Positions 38,227 through 51,220 of a DNA stretch of 64,000 nt are shown here, in pieces. A program made the translations under genes and the position numbers. Numbering within the stretch: the stretch's first letter is position 1; each line of letters starts with the position of its first letter. Origin of the DNA: Chiloscyllium plagiosum (lineage: Eukaryota). A model generated the notes under the pieces. It was given only the letters and a program-made list of their open reading frames with translations, was not told the DNA's origin and searched no databases. The DNA lies in the NCBI RefSeq assembly GCF_004010195.1, contig NC_057750.1, positions 12,189,144-12,253,143 of the forward strand. The letters run 5' to 3'.

Positions 38227-41200
38227 TATTTAACTAGCCTGATTGCCCCTCAGTAAATTAATCGTCTTCTCTTTCTTGCGTGCTTTTGATTCAAGCTTAG
38301 TTAGTTAATGACAGAAGCTAAACTTGATCAAGAGTCAGTTTGGGTTCCCTGATCTTTACATAACTAACCTTGGTCTGCCTGAGACAAGATCTGCAGTGAA
38401 TGTACAAAATGCATTTAGTATTCTCTTTTGTGTTTGCATTTTTCTTAACCTTTCAGAAAGTAATTGTTGCTCCCGGGATGACTGAAGCAATAAATGTATT
38501 GCTCCAGGAGCTAACCTGGATTAGAGGCCATTCAGTCTGGTAAATTTATTACCTGGTCAGTAGTGAGTGATCACAGGTGAGGTAAGAGTTTGGTACACAT
38601 CAGCACCTCTTATTTAGGATTAACATTCCTGAGGTATAATTTTGACTCGAGTGATAAGTGTGAGGGGGCAATTTTGATTAAGCTGCATACTACTATTCTT
38701 AATTTGTTATTGACATTGCTGGAAATTAAAATCAAGAGAGCTTTAAATCTGAAATATGGAATTGTATTTGGAGAGGGTAAAAAAAAACAGGGAGCATTGT
38801 AATTGAATGAATACAGATGTAAATGGTTGCAGTGAAAGTTTGAGAGAGAATATTGGAGAGAGTTTTAGTGAAATGATGGGATTTGTTGGAGAGGGTACAG
38901 AGAAGAAAACTATGTATTGGGAAGTATGAGCAGGAAGGGTTGAGTTTATCAGTTTAGAGTCAGGGTCATGTATCAGGAAGTGTTATTGGGAAACATGATT
39001 TATTGGGAACTGCTGGGACTGTGATCATATATATTCATTCATATTTCAAAGTTGGGAAATTATGAACTTTTGTGATTTTGTCGATTATAAAAATCTATCA
39101 ACCAATTATAGATTGTGTTATTTTGAAAGGTGCAGTGCCTGTAGGCTTGTCATTTCCAAAGAAATCCCACTTTGGCAAGCAGTGATTGGAGAGATAGGAT
39201 ATCACTGGAGAGCAGGGGCATCATTAGACAGTGAATGCTGCCTGTTGTCTGTGGATGTGACAGGTGCCCAGACCTTGGAGGTATAGACATGATGTATTGT
39301 GTCCTTGGCAATGATCACCAGGGTAACAGTATGTCAATGATAGCGTGCTATCTTTCCCAACGGCAAACAATCAGCAGCAGCCAATAGCATTTTATTCCTG
39401 ATCTCCATTCACTGAATGGATAATCAATCTGATTGCACAAATCTTTTGCAATTGGAGTCAGTGAATGATGAATCCCTTTAGGTAGTGTTGCCATGGTCTA
39501 AATGTATTCACATTTGCTCTTACTAATGTCCAGCCCACTTACAGCCTCCCACCATTATTTCTTCTTGGATTCTCTGATCTCCACCACAGCTAGGGCAAGG
39601 AGGCAAGTTCCGAATCCATCCCAGGCAGGAATTGTTGTTGGCACTAATCTAATCCAAATCGATTAACCATTCTCCCAGACGTCCAAGTCACTGTGGCAAC
39701 ATACACTTCTACATTCATGTTGTAGTCTAGAACTGTTGATAATGATGGTGAGGCTCCGATTTTCTTTCCATGACATGGCTGACCCGGCCCAGAATGGGGC
39801 TTGAATGTGTAGCTTTCTGGCTTAGAGGAGTGCCATGACCCACAGCCGTTGCTTACATTGAGCCACAGCCACTGCAATATCTACTTTCAGGCAACTTCCA
39901 AGACTTGAGTTAAAGGGAGACTACCTTCAGTATTTATCAAATTCGATCCTAACTCAAAGTCATTGTAAATTAAGACTCTGGGCCCAATAACAAAACTTTC
40001 ACTGCTCCTTGTCTATCAACCACGAAGCAGTGACTAAGGCAAATCTGAATTGAGCATTTATAAACATTCAAATTGTGGGAAAGATGAAGATGGTCTTTTG
40101 GTAAAATTACTTTTGATTCCAGAGAAATATTGGTCCCAACCAATTCTGGTTAAAGTTTTATTCTAGTTCATCTTGCATTCTTCTCTCCTGAGGTTTGTAC
40201 AAAGACACCATTGGGGCTCTCTTTACTCTGAACTTGAATGATACCCAGTACATCCCAGTGATCACCATTCTGGGATTGGTTCAGTTTGGTTGGCCTTTTT
40301 TATGTTCTTCCTGCTGCATCTCCTCTCACCTCTACTCCTTGCTTCTCTTGTATTTTGCTGCCTATGTTCTGTTGCTTCAATGCTGATTTCTGTACCTCCC
40401 TTCTCCTTTTCTGAATTTAAAGCTGCCCTGTTGCAATCTTTTCTTCTGGTTAATTCCTTTGATTTTTTAGAACCACCTTCCCTCATTGCTTCACTTCTTG
40501 ATACTGCCTACAGTTTGTCAAACCCCAATGTTGGACTGTTTAACATGAACGTAGGGAAGCCATTATTTGATCTTCTGTCTTCCAGATTCTCTGGTTTGCT
40601 GCAGATTCTTGGCTCATTTTAATATATTAATATGATAGCTGTTTGGCAAGACATTTGAGGAGCGGTCTTATCACTGGATGGTGATGACTGGTAAGCCCAG
40701 GGTCATGCTTTGTGGATCCACCATGGCAGCTGAGTTTAGTACTTTTTATTAAATCTGAAATTAAACTTTAGTCTCATGGTGTTATTTAGTGATGTTACAT
40801 CTCCAACTCTCTGTGGTAGATACAATTCAATTTGCTCAGCTTCTTACCGTAGGAAATTTCATCTCAGCCCTTCTGAACCTTTGTTGTCCTGCCTCTGATG
40901 GAAGTATATCCTTCCTTGAATAGAGGGACCAAAACTGTATATGGTATTCCAGGTATGGTCTCATCAAAACTATACCTGGACTTTTTTTTATTCCTTTACT
41001 CCAATTCACTTATAATAAAGGCCAATTTGCCATTTTCTTTATTAATTGCTAAGCCACTATCCATTATGACTTGGAACTATATTGCCATTTCTTCACTATG
41101 ACTAGATTGAAATCCGAGACATCTTTCCTAATAGTACTGTGGGTGACCCTACACCACGTTGCCTGCAACTGTTTAAAAAGACAGCTCACCACCTTCTCAA

Positions 41201-41554
41201 GGGCAATTAGAAATAGGCAATAAATGCTGGCCATATATCTATAGTTGATATGACAATAATCAGATCCAGACTTTGGACTGGAACAGCGGAGACACTTTTC
41301 TGAATTTGTGAATTCTGATGGAGAACCTTTCTTTGCTGGGAGTATCAAAGCCCTTAGCATTTTTTGTAGAGCACCAACTTTCGTGGAAATACTGCTTGGA
41401 TTCTCTCATAGACTTCATACTTCCCAACTAGTTTCCCATTGCAGGAAATAGCATAACTTGTTTTGGGATAACAGAATGGTTTTCTAACGATAGAACTGAA
41501 GATTACATACTGTTTTCACATTGCTGCAATTTTTCATCTAACGTTCTTTGGTTA

Positions 41555-41583
41555 GTGTGTGTGTGTTAGTGTGTGTGTGTGTG

Positions 41584-41651
<68 letters not shown>
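41555..41651. repeat. (GT)n microsatellite with two TTA interruptions
   Basis: Directly visible. Confidence 0.98.
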
Positions 41652-41653
<2 letters not shown>

Positions 41654-42347
41654 GTTTCATCCCACTGTTATCAGTAGATTTTGCCTTATGTTCTAGAGAA
41701 TGATTGAATAAAAAGCAGTGTCTGTTCTCTTTTGGTTGCCAACCTTTCATTGTGTTATTAAACTAATTACCAGAGTGAATACTGAAGTGGTTTTGATCAT
41801 TACTAGATGTCAACTCCATTGTCCCTGTGTGCTTGATACCGCTGCACAGTAATCTCCTCATTGCTGTCTCCCTTTCACATGTTATCAGTGATGAATGACA
41901 AGTGCATCTCTGAAGAAGCTTTCCATCCAGAATCAGTACAGATTCCGGGGGTGGCGAGTGGTTTTTTTTGACAATTATTGGTATATTACTTTGCATACTT
42001 TGATGTTACTTATTATTTTTACAGCCTGCGTGGGCAATGATGCTTCTGTGGACACAATGCTGGTATATGATGGAATAATTTGATAAGAGGTCTAATATGT
42101 GGTTACTTTATCAAACACCCTTTCAAAGTTATGCCAGTTCTTTGTAAAACACTGGATCGATCCCAACCGGAGAGTTGCCTCCTCAGAGAGGAAGGTTTCC
42201 AATATGAGATTTACTTGAATGGTTCTAAGTGCTGAGGAATTGCCATAGACTGAAGAAGTTGGGTTTCTCTTTCAAGACGAGAATGCCAAGGAGAGGTTGT
42301 ATAGTGAGTGAATAAAGAGAGACTGCTCCCAATGGTTGAAGGGTCAA

Positions 42348-42648
42348 GCAGTGGTTAGCACTGCTGCCTCACAGCGCCAGAGACCCGGGTTCAATTCCCG
42401 CCTCAGGCAACTGTCTGTGTGGAGTTTGCACATTCTCCCCGTGTCTGCGTGGGTTTCCTCAGGGTGCTCCGGTTTCCACCCACAGTCCAAAAATGTGCAG
42501 GTTAGGTGAATTGCCCGTAGTGTTAGGTGAAGGGGTAAATGTAGGGGAATGGGTCTGGGTGGGTTGCTCTTCAGAGGGTCGGTGTGGACTTGTTGGGCTG
42601 AAGGGCCTGTTTCCACACTGTAAGTAATCTAATCTAATCTAATCTAAT
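42348..42648 (+). mobile_element. HE1-type V-SINE inserted in an old CR1 fragment (about 42200-43050)
   Basis: gggttcaattccc B box, V-domain, (AATCT)5 tail. Confidence 0.92.
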
Positions 42649-43653
42649 CAATAGGGCCAGTTTTAAGGTGATTGACATAGGAACAAATGGCCAAAGGGAG
42701 GAAAATACATTCACGTGGATGAAAGCAAAATATTGTACATGCTGTAAGTCTGAAACAAGCACAGAGAGTGCTGGGAACGTTCCGCTGATCTGGCACCATC
42801 TGTGGAGAGAGAAACAGTGTCAATTTTTCGAGTCTGGTATGGCTTATTCAGGACATAGGGATGGCTAGGATGTGGAATGCATTGTCTCATAGGGTGGATT
42901 TATATTCAGTGGTAACTTTCAATGGGAATTGGATAAATAATTGATGGAGAAAAATGAAATAAGTATTGGGAAAGAGTGGAACATGAGATTAACTGGGTTA
43001 CTTTGAAGAAAGCTTGCAGGCCTCAATGGATTGAATGAGTTCCTTCTGTGCTGTACTGTCCTATTTCCTTTATACCAACATTGTGTAATTGAACATAGTA
43101 ATTATGGAGTAGGGGTAGGCCATTTGGCCCATTAAATCTGCTCACCATTCCAGCAGATTATTACTGATCTTCCGCCTCAGCCCAATTTCCTTAGACTGTC
43201 CACAATACCTTGGTAGCTTTTAATATACAGAAATCTGTTGATTTCTTTTACTAGACTGTCATAGCACTCTGGAGTCAAGAATTCCAATGATTTGTCGCAT
43301 TCTGAGTAAAGTAATTCTTTCTCATCTCAGTTCTAAATAGTTTAACTCATACTGAAATCAGGTCCTGTGACCAAATCCTAACTTAGTTATATGGCCTTAG
43401 ATTTTGAACCCAGCTGGGGATTACTGAACTTCACCCATTACCCATGCCTAAACAAGGAAACCAGAATCCGTTGTCTCCTGTGTCTAAGAAGCCATGGCAT
43501 ACCACCATGAGCCACACTGGTAGGATGCTAATAAGAGCCTCTGGACAGTGCACGTCTTTAGATTTGGCAATATTTTTCACATGATCAGTGCAAAAGGCTA
43601 CTCCCATAAACAAGATCTTTCACCCCATGGAACTGAAGCACTATCTGATAGCA

Positions 43654-44027
43654 AGGAGAAAGTGAGGACAGCAGATGCGGGAGAACAGAGGCGAAAGTGT
43701 AGTGCTGGAAAAGCACAGCAGGTCAGGCAGAATTCGAGGAGCAGGAGAGTCGATGTTTCGGGCAGAAGCCCTTCATCAGGAATCTTCTTCCTGGGGGGTG
43801 CAGTGAGAGAGAGACTCACTGAAATCCTTATAGAGAGAGAGGAGGAAAACTTCTTCAAGGTAGGCATCCTTGGAAGAGGCTTCGCTGTGATGTTAGAATC
43901 AACTCAGAGAAAGTGAGGACTGCAGATGCTGGAGATCAGAGTCGAAGAGTGTAATGCTGGAAAAGCACATCAGCTCAGGCAGCATCCAAGGGGCAGGAGA
44001 ATCGACATTTCAGACAAGAGCCCTTCA
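43654..44027 (-). mobile_element. Penelope-like element with two tandem pLTRs separated by about 120 bp
   Basis: gagaaagtgaggac..gcccttcat occurs at 43656-43776 and 43907-44028; hammerhead core at 43752-43779 (minus). Confidence 0.8.
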
Positions 44028-44832
44028 TAGCAGCTCTGTAGACCTGGTTGGAATATATGATTGGCTGGTCAGGAGACTAGAAGAAAGGTCAGTCAACAGA
44101 GGGCACAGATTTACAGTGATTGGCAAATGGCCCACAGGCAGCAATGTGAAATTTTGTTTTCTCTCTCGGTGAATTGCAGTGACCTGGAATGGACACTGGA
44201 AGCAGATCCAATTATATTAAAACGAGAATTAAATAAATAAAGTCAAAAAGGCAGAAAAAGGATACAAATAAAGAAAAGCGGGATCAGTTGGACAGCAGTG
44301 TCAAAGAGCTTACGAGGGACAAGAGACCAATTGACTCCTCTTAGGGTTGTCTGTACTTATGAAGTTCGAATTATAAAGAGACTGATAATAAAGATGGTAA
44401 ACATTTCATGGTAAACATTGGTAAACTTATACTATTGGTAAAGCATGTTTGACAGTGTGGTGCACCTTCTATCTCCTACGTCACAATGGTTCTAAAGTTC
44501 TGTGCAACATCCTCTGTTTGGGGAAAAGTGCAGTATAAATGTAACTCTGTCTGTCAGACAAATAATGGACAGAGATACCAAATATCGCAGGTTCTCAACT
44601 ACCAAACGGGAAACTGCTACTGTTGATTTCTCACCGATACTTTAAACCTGCTTTGAAATAATAAGTATGTTGGAATTTTAATTATTCTCCTAACCAATTA
44701 CATGGAATTTTGAGGAAAAGCTTATAGGGAATGTTGTCTTGTTTTTAACGTATCAGTCGTACATGGTAGAGATGACAAATAGAACTACTCTTGACTCCTG
44801 ACTCTTGACAAAGCTGAATGTTTATTGACTAT

Positions 44833-45008
44833 GAGAAAGTGAGGACTGCAGATGCTGGAGATCAGAGCTGAAAATGTGTTGCTGGAAAAGCGCAGCAGGT
44901 CAGGCAGCATCCAAGGAGCAGGAGAAGGGCTCATGCCAGAAACGTCGATTCTCCTACTCCTTGGATGCTGCCTGACCTGCTGCGCTTTTCCAGCAACACA
45001 TTTTCAGC
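44833..45008. mobile_element. Fold-back PLE cassette with perfect 14-bp TSD
   Basis: tgtttattgactat at 44819-44832 and 45009-45022; gctgaaaatgtgttgctggaaaagcgcagcaggtcaggcagcatccaaggag is mirrored downstream. Confidence 0.9.
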
Positions 45009-45169
45009 TGTTTATTGACTATTTCAACCAGCCCCAGCCTAGCAAAATAAAGGTTAATCGACAATGATTTATTGTATGGATTCACAGATTTCTCCTTGTG
45101 TCTTCATTGCTTCTTTTGTCAAATAACTTTTATATGAACAAATGTTTAATATCATCCCTCCCCACCTGA

Positions 45170-45805
45170 TGAGTGCAGCTCAAATCACGGTCAAGAAAGT
45201 TAATATCATCCAGGACAAAGTATCCCACTTGATTGGCGCTCTATCTCTCATCTTCAACAACCACTTGCCCCATCACCAACACACTGTGGCAGTAGTTTGT
45301 ACCATCTAAAAGATGCACCACAGCATTGAGTATATTTAAGACTGAGATAGATAGCTTCTTGAGTATCAAGGGAATTATGGTTACAGGAAGAAAGGGGAAG
45401 AATGGGGTTAAGAAACTTATCAGCCATGACTGAATGGTGGAGCAGACTCGATGGACCAAATGGCCTAATTTCTGCTCCTATGTCTCATGGTCTAATTGTC
45501 ATATGGTCTTAACCCATTCACACTCTACCACCGAGAAAGACAAGAGCAACAAACAGGTGAATGGGAACATCATCACCTGCAAGTTCCCCTCCAAGCTATG
45601 CACAATCCTGATTTGGAATTGTATTGCTACTCCTTCACTATTTCTGGGCCAAAATCTTGGATCTCCCTTCCTATTTCAATTATGAATATACCGCATGAAC
45701 TACAATGGTTCTAGAAGTCTAAGCTCACCACCACTCTTGAGAAGGCGCTTAGGAATGGGCAGTAAATGCTGGCCTGGCCAGTGGCGTCCTTATCTCATGA
45801 ATGAA
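45170..45805 (+). mobile_element. Zenon-like LINE 3' fragment interrupted by a CR1 3' end (about 45330-45490)
   Basis: atcatccaggacaaagtatcccacttgattgg, gggaacatcatcacctgcaagttcccctccaag, tail ggaatgggcagtaaatgctgg. Confidence 0.75.
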
Positions 45806-46537
45806 TATTTTTTCAAGACTTTGGTTGAGTGCTCTCTGTTACGTTTCACACTAGACTGCTATTTTCTGGCAAACAAAATCATGCCATACTGCAATCTGAT
45901 GGCACAATTTTTCTCCAGTACCCATAGCTCGTATTTCTGTTTCCTGTTTTCTTGCTGCCGCGAGTGACTGCAACCTACCCCAATGATAAAAAAAAAAGTT
46001 TAAATAAAATATTCAGTCTAGATTGGAAAGATTACAAACATTTGGCAGCGATGCAACCTTGACATCATGCGAACATTCATAATCTGCCTGTCCTCATGCT
46101 TGTCGTTTTGGCATCATCAGGGCTGCTCAGGTGGATTACTACTTTGTTAATCCTTGTTCACTGTTGATTGCACTGGTTGTAATCTTACAGTAAGCCCTTT
46201 AAATGGGCCTTTCCAGCCACTGTGGAAATCACAGCCATGCAAAATAAATGGACAACCAAACAGCAGCTGGTCCATCAAATCTGTTCCTCACACCATGATA
46301 GCGGAATATCATGTTTAGATATTGGATAAAGATGGGACCTTTGCTGAATATTTCATATGCTTGGCCTTTCCCCTGAATTGAAAGACAAATAGAGCAGCTG
46401 GAGAGAAAACACAGTGTAATGAGGAAAGATATCTGGTTAGGGTTAGGGGTGAATGGTAGCAATTCTTTCAACAACACCTTTTAAAGCTCCAACTACTATC
46501 ATCCAGAAGGACAAAAGTGGTAGATTTTAAAAAAAGA

Positions 46538-49500
46538 TTATTAATTTTGTGGGATGTGGGTGTTGCTGACTGAGCACAGCATTTATTGCCTGTCCCCAGT
46601 TGCTTCTTGAGATGGTGGGGATGAGCTGCCTTCTGGAACCTGCTGCAGTCCACCTGATGAAGGTTGGCCAACAATGCCCTTAGGAGGACAGTCCAGGATT
46701 TTGACCCAGCAACAGTGAAGGAATGGCAATATATTTCCAAGTCAGGATGGTAAATGACTTGGAGGAGAACTTGAAGGTAACGGTGTTCCCATATATCTGC
46801 TACCCATGTCCTTCTAGATGGAAGTGGGCATGGGTTTGGAAGGTGCTGTCTGAGCACCTTTGGTGAATTTCTGCATTGAATCTTGTAGATGGTACACACT
46901 GCTGCTGCTGAACGTTGGTTGTGGAGGGAGTGAGTGCTTGTGGATGTGGTGCCAATCAAGCGAGCTGCTTTGTTCTGGATGGCATCAAGCTCCTTGAGTG
47001 TTGTTGGAGCTGTACCCATCCAGACAAGTGGGGAATATTCCATCACACTCCAGATTTGGGCCCTGTTGATGGTGGACAAGCTTTGGGAAGTCAGGAAGTG
47101 AGTTACTCACTTCAGTATTCCTAGCCTCTGACCTGCTGTTGTAGCCACAGCATTTATGTAGTGAGTCTACTTAAGTTTCTGATCAATGATAACTCCCAGG
47201 AAGTTGATAGTGGGAGATTCAGTGACTGTAGCATTATTGAATGTCAAGGGACTTTGGTTAGGTTGTCTCTTATTGGTGATGGTCATAGCCTGGCATTTGT
47301 GTGCTACGAATGTTACTTGCTACTTATCAGCCCATGTTGTCCAGACCTTGTTGCATTTGGACACGGATTGCTTCAGTGTCTGAGGAGTTGCGAATGGAGT
47401 TGGACATGGTGTGATCATCGGCAACATCCCCACTTCTGACCTTATGATAAAGGGAAGGTCATTGATGAAGCAGCTGAACATGTCCTGGAGCTGGGATGAC
47501 TGATCTCCAACAACCACAACCATATTCCAATGTGTCAGGTATAACCATAACCCCCAGAGAGTTTGCCCCCTGATATCCAGTTTTGCCAGGGCTCATTGAT
47601 GCCACACTTGGTTGAATGTAGCCTTGATATCAAGGGCTGTCACTCTCACCTCCCCTCTGGAATTCAGCTCTTTTGTCCATGTTCAAACCAAGGCTGTAAT
47701 GAGGTCAGGAGCTGAGTGGCCCTGGGGGAACCCTAACAGTGTCACTAAGCAGGTTATTGCTGAGCAGGTGCTGCTGATAGCACTGTTGGTGACACCTTCC
47801 ATCACTTTACTGATGATCGAGAATTGATGGATGGGGCAGTAATTGACCAGGTTGGATTTGTCCTGCTTTTTATGTGAAGGACATGCTTGGGCAATTTCCC
47901 ACATTGTTGGGTAGATGCCAGTGTTGTAACTGTACCTGTAACAGCTTGGCTAGGAGAGCAGAAAGTTTTCAGGACTATTGCCAGAATGTTGTCAAGGTTC
48001 GTAGCCTTTGCAGTATCCATTTCTTGATGTCACATGGAGTGAATCGAATTGGCTGAAGACTGTTATCTGTGATGCTGGGGACTACTGGAGGAGGCTGAGA
48101 TGGATCATCCACTGGGCACTTCTGGTTGAAGATTGCTGCAAATGCTTCAGCCTTATCTTTTGCATTGAGGATGGGGATATTTATGGAACTCCAGTGAGTT
48201 GTTTAATCATCCACCACCATTCACGATTGGATATGGCAAGACTGTAGAGCTCAGATCTGATTGCTTTGCTCTGTCTACCACTTGCTGCTTATTTTGTTTG
48301 GCATGCAAGTAGTCTGTTTGGTGGCTTCACCAGATTGACACCTCTTCAGGTATGCCTGGTGCTGCTCCTGACTTCTTGCACTCTTCATTGAACCAAGGTT
48401 GATCCCCTGGCTTGATGGTAATGGTTGAGTGGGGGATTTGCCAGGCCATGTGGTTGCATATTGTGCTGGAGTATAATTCTGCTGCTGCTGGTGATCCATA
48501 GTGTCTCATGGATGCCCAGTCTTAAGTTGCTAGATATGTTCGATATCTGTCTAATTAGCACAGTTATTGTGCCACACAACATGATGGAGGTTATTCTCAA
48601 TGTGAAGGTAGGACTTCAGCTGCACAATGATTGTGTGGTAGTCACTCCTACCAATACTGCCTTGGACCGATATATCTGCAGCCGGCAGATTGATCAGGAT
48701 GAGGTCAAGCATGTTTTTCCCTCTTGTTGGTACCCTCACCCCCTGCCACAGACCCAGTCTAGCGGCTATGTCCTTTGGGACCCAACCACCTCAATCAGTA
48801 GTGCTGCTGCTGAGCCACTCTCGATGGTGGATATTGAAATCCTCCACCTGGAGTACACTTTGTGACCTTGCCATCCTCAGTGCTTCCTCTAAGTGTTGCT
48901 CAACATGAAGGAGTATGGATTCATTGGCTGAGAGAGGATGGTACATGGTGACCAGTAGGAGGTTTCCTTGCCCATGTTTAACCTGAGGCCATAAGACTTC
49001 ACGGGGTCCAGAGTCAATGTTGAGGACTCCCAGAGCAATTCCCTCCCGATTGTACACCGCTGTGCCACCACCTCTGCCAGGTCTATCCTGCTGGTGGGAC
49101 TGGACATACCTAGGGATAGTGATGGTGATGTCTGGGACATTGTCTGTAAGATATGATTCCGTGAGTGTGACTATGTTAAGCTGTTGCTTGTCTAGTCTGT
49201 GAGACAGCTGTCCCAATTTTGGCACCAGCTACCAGATGTTAGTGAGGATGACTTTGCAAAGTAGACAGGGCTGTTTCTGTTGCTGTCTTTTCTGGTGCCT
49301 AGGTTGCTGCCAGGTGATCCATCCGGTTGCATTTCTTTGAGACTTTGTAGCGATTAGTATAGCTGAATGGTTTGCTCGGCCATTTCAGAGGGCAATTGAG
49401 AGTCAGCAACATTGTTGTAGGTCTGGAGTCATGTGTGGGCCAGACCAGGTGAGGATGGCAGCTTTCCTTCCCTGAGGGACATTAGTGAGCCAGATGGGTT

Positions 49501-49660
49501 TTCCTGACAATCACAAATGATTTCATGGTCATCTGTAGATTCTTAACTTCAGATTTTTGTTCTGAATTCAAATTCAATGTGGTGAAATTCAGACTTGGGT
49601 CCTGAGACCATTATGTGGGTTTCTGGAGTAATAGTCTAGCGATGATACCACTAGCCCATC
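46538..49660 (-). mobile_element. Near full-length single-ORF CR1-group (Zenon-like) LINE with a tRNA-like 5' head, decayed
   Basis: APE motifs KVILTNIW.LVPKLGQL, IVTLTESYL, DRPGRGGGTAVY, EDFNIHHREWL, PTRGKNMLDLIL, IGRSDYHTI; RT pieces KQDKSNLVNYCPI, FSCFINDLP, AQIWSVMEYSPLVWMG. No room for ORF1. The Zenon assignment is recalled similarity only. Confidence 0.8.
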
Positions 49661-50485
49661 TTTTTCCCTTTAATGGCAACACCAGTACCACCAACTGAAA
49701 AATCCCATGCAAGCCATATAACACCCTGGTTGAAACTATATTGACATTCCTTCATCTGATTCTGGGTCATAATCCCAGAATCCCTTTCTATCAGTACTGT
49801 TGCAGCATCTATAACTCATGGACTGCAGTGGTTCAAGAAAGCACCTCACCACTGCCTTTTCAAGGCAATTAAGGATGGGCACAAGTAATTAAAGAATAAT
49901 GTAAAAAAAAGTAAAGAAATTATATGACTTCAGAGTGAGGTATTGGTTCCAAGTATGACGTTGTCTCAAAAGCCGGTCAATGGAGGCCCTCAAAACATGG
50001 GAAATTAAATTATATTTTATTTATAATTAATAATTCTTCATACTAAACTTCAAGTGTGGAAGTAATGATTGGTGTGGATCGCTGATTAATTTTATTTGCG
50101 CCAAAGTTACTCTCAATTGATTCCAACACAAAGTCTTTCAATTTAAACATGAGGAATATGAGTACATCTTATTGTTGTAAAGCTTTGTGTAATTACTCAA
50201 TTTAAGTCCACACTTAAATCATAGCGAGGTGATAATTGAATAAATGAGATTGTGAATTGAGTTAATTAATAGGAGCTTTAGCTATGTTTCATTTCTGATG
50301 TAATTAAAAGTTGTCCTTTTTTTGTTGTACCTTGCATAATCTCAAGATTTCCCGAAATGCTTTATAACTTATGAAGCATCTTTGAAGCATGTGAGCGTTC
50401 TTACATAGGATAATGCGGCAACTAATTTCCACACAGCAAGATCCCACAATCAGCAATTGGACAAGGACCAGTTCATGTTTTAGTA

Positions 50486-50659
50486 CAGGTCATTCCGCTA
50501 TAACGCGTGTGTCATTAACGCGAATTCGCTGTAACACGATTGACAAATTGAGGACACTGTATCTAAACTTCCAACTTTTAAAATGTTTACATTGCCAACA
50601 CTTTAAGTGCTGTCTCTAAAGAATGATAGTTCTATAATGTGGGGTTGCACAAAAACCTG
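50486..50659 (+). mobile_element. Tc1-mariner/Tigger-type MITE remnant inserted in a DeuSINE (about 50325-50820, minus)
   Basis: TA-CAGGTcattccgctataacgcg ... aACCTG-TA, with internal repeats of (c)tataacgcg; the flanks rejoin as DeuSINE ttttagt|atgttggtc. Confidence 0.65.
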
Positions 50660-51220
50660 TAATGTTGGTCAAAGAATAATAAGTGGCCAGGACATCAGGA
50701 GACCTCTTCTGCTTATATTTGAATAACGCTGTGAGGTTGCTAGTGTCCACCTGAGAGGGGAGTTGGTTCATCAGTTTAATATCTTTTCTGAAACTTGCAG
50801 TGTAGTACTCCCGAGCTCTGACTCGGATGAGACAATACTCTTCATCTCCAAAAACTGTGACGTCAAAAACGTAGAAAACCAAGTTGTTTTTTTTCGTTTT
50901 AAACTCAGCTGTATTGTTGTTGTACTCTTCATTTTAGAATTGTATCCAGATCCATACTTGACCAGAGTACAATCAGGTAAACATGCACAGGAGGAAATAC
51001 TGCTCAGGTGTTTTCCTATCTTAGTCTCCACATCCAGGAACTGCTAGAAGAACGAGACATTAAATGGACTTTTCTGATAAGAAACTGCAGTTTCTACATT
51101 TATGTTGTCTCAAAATACCTTGGAATTTCTGTTTTCTGAATAATTAAAATGAGACTACAATACCCATTCCAAAGTGTGAGGGAATACTGCAGCAGAAATC
51201 TTTAGCCAGCAGCTACAGCT

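Noticed and set aside
40150..40622. 110-aa hydrophobic + ORF and charged minus ORF
   Set aside because: Probably the antisense of a decayed RTE-like C-terminus; too degenerate to annotate confidently.
46435..46448. Two TTAGGG units
   Set aside because: Too short to call an interstitial telomeric array.
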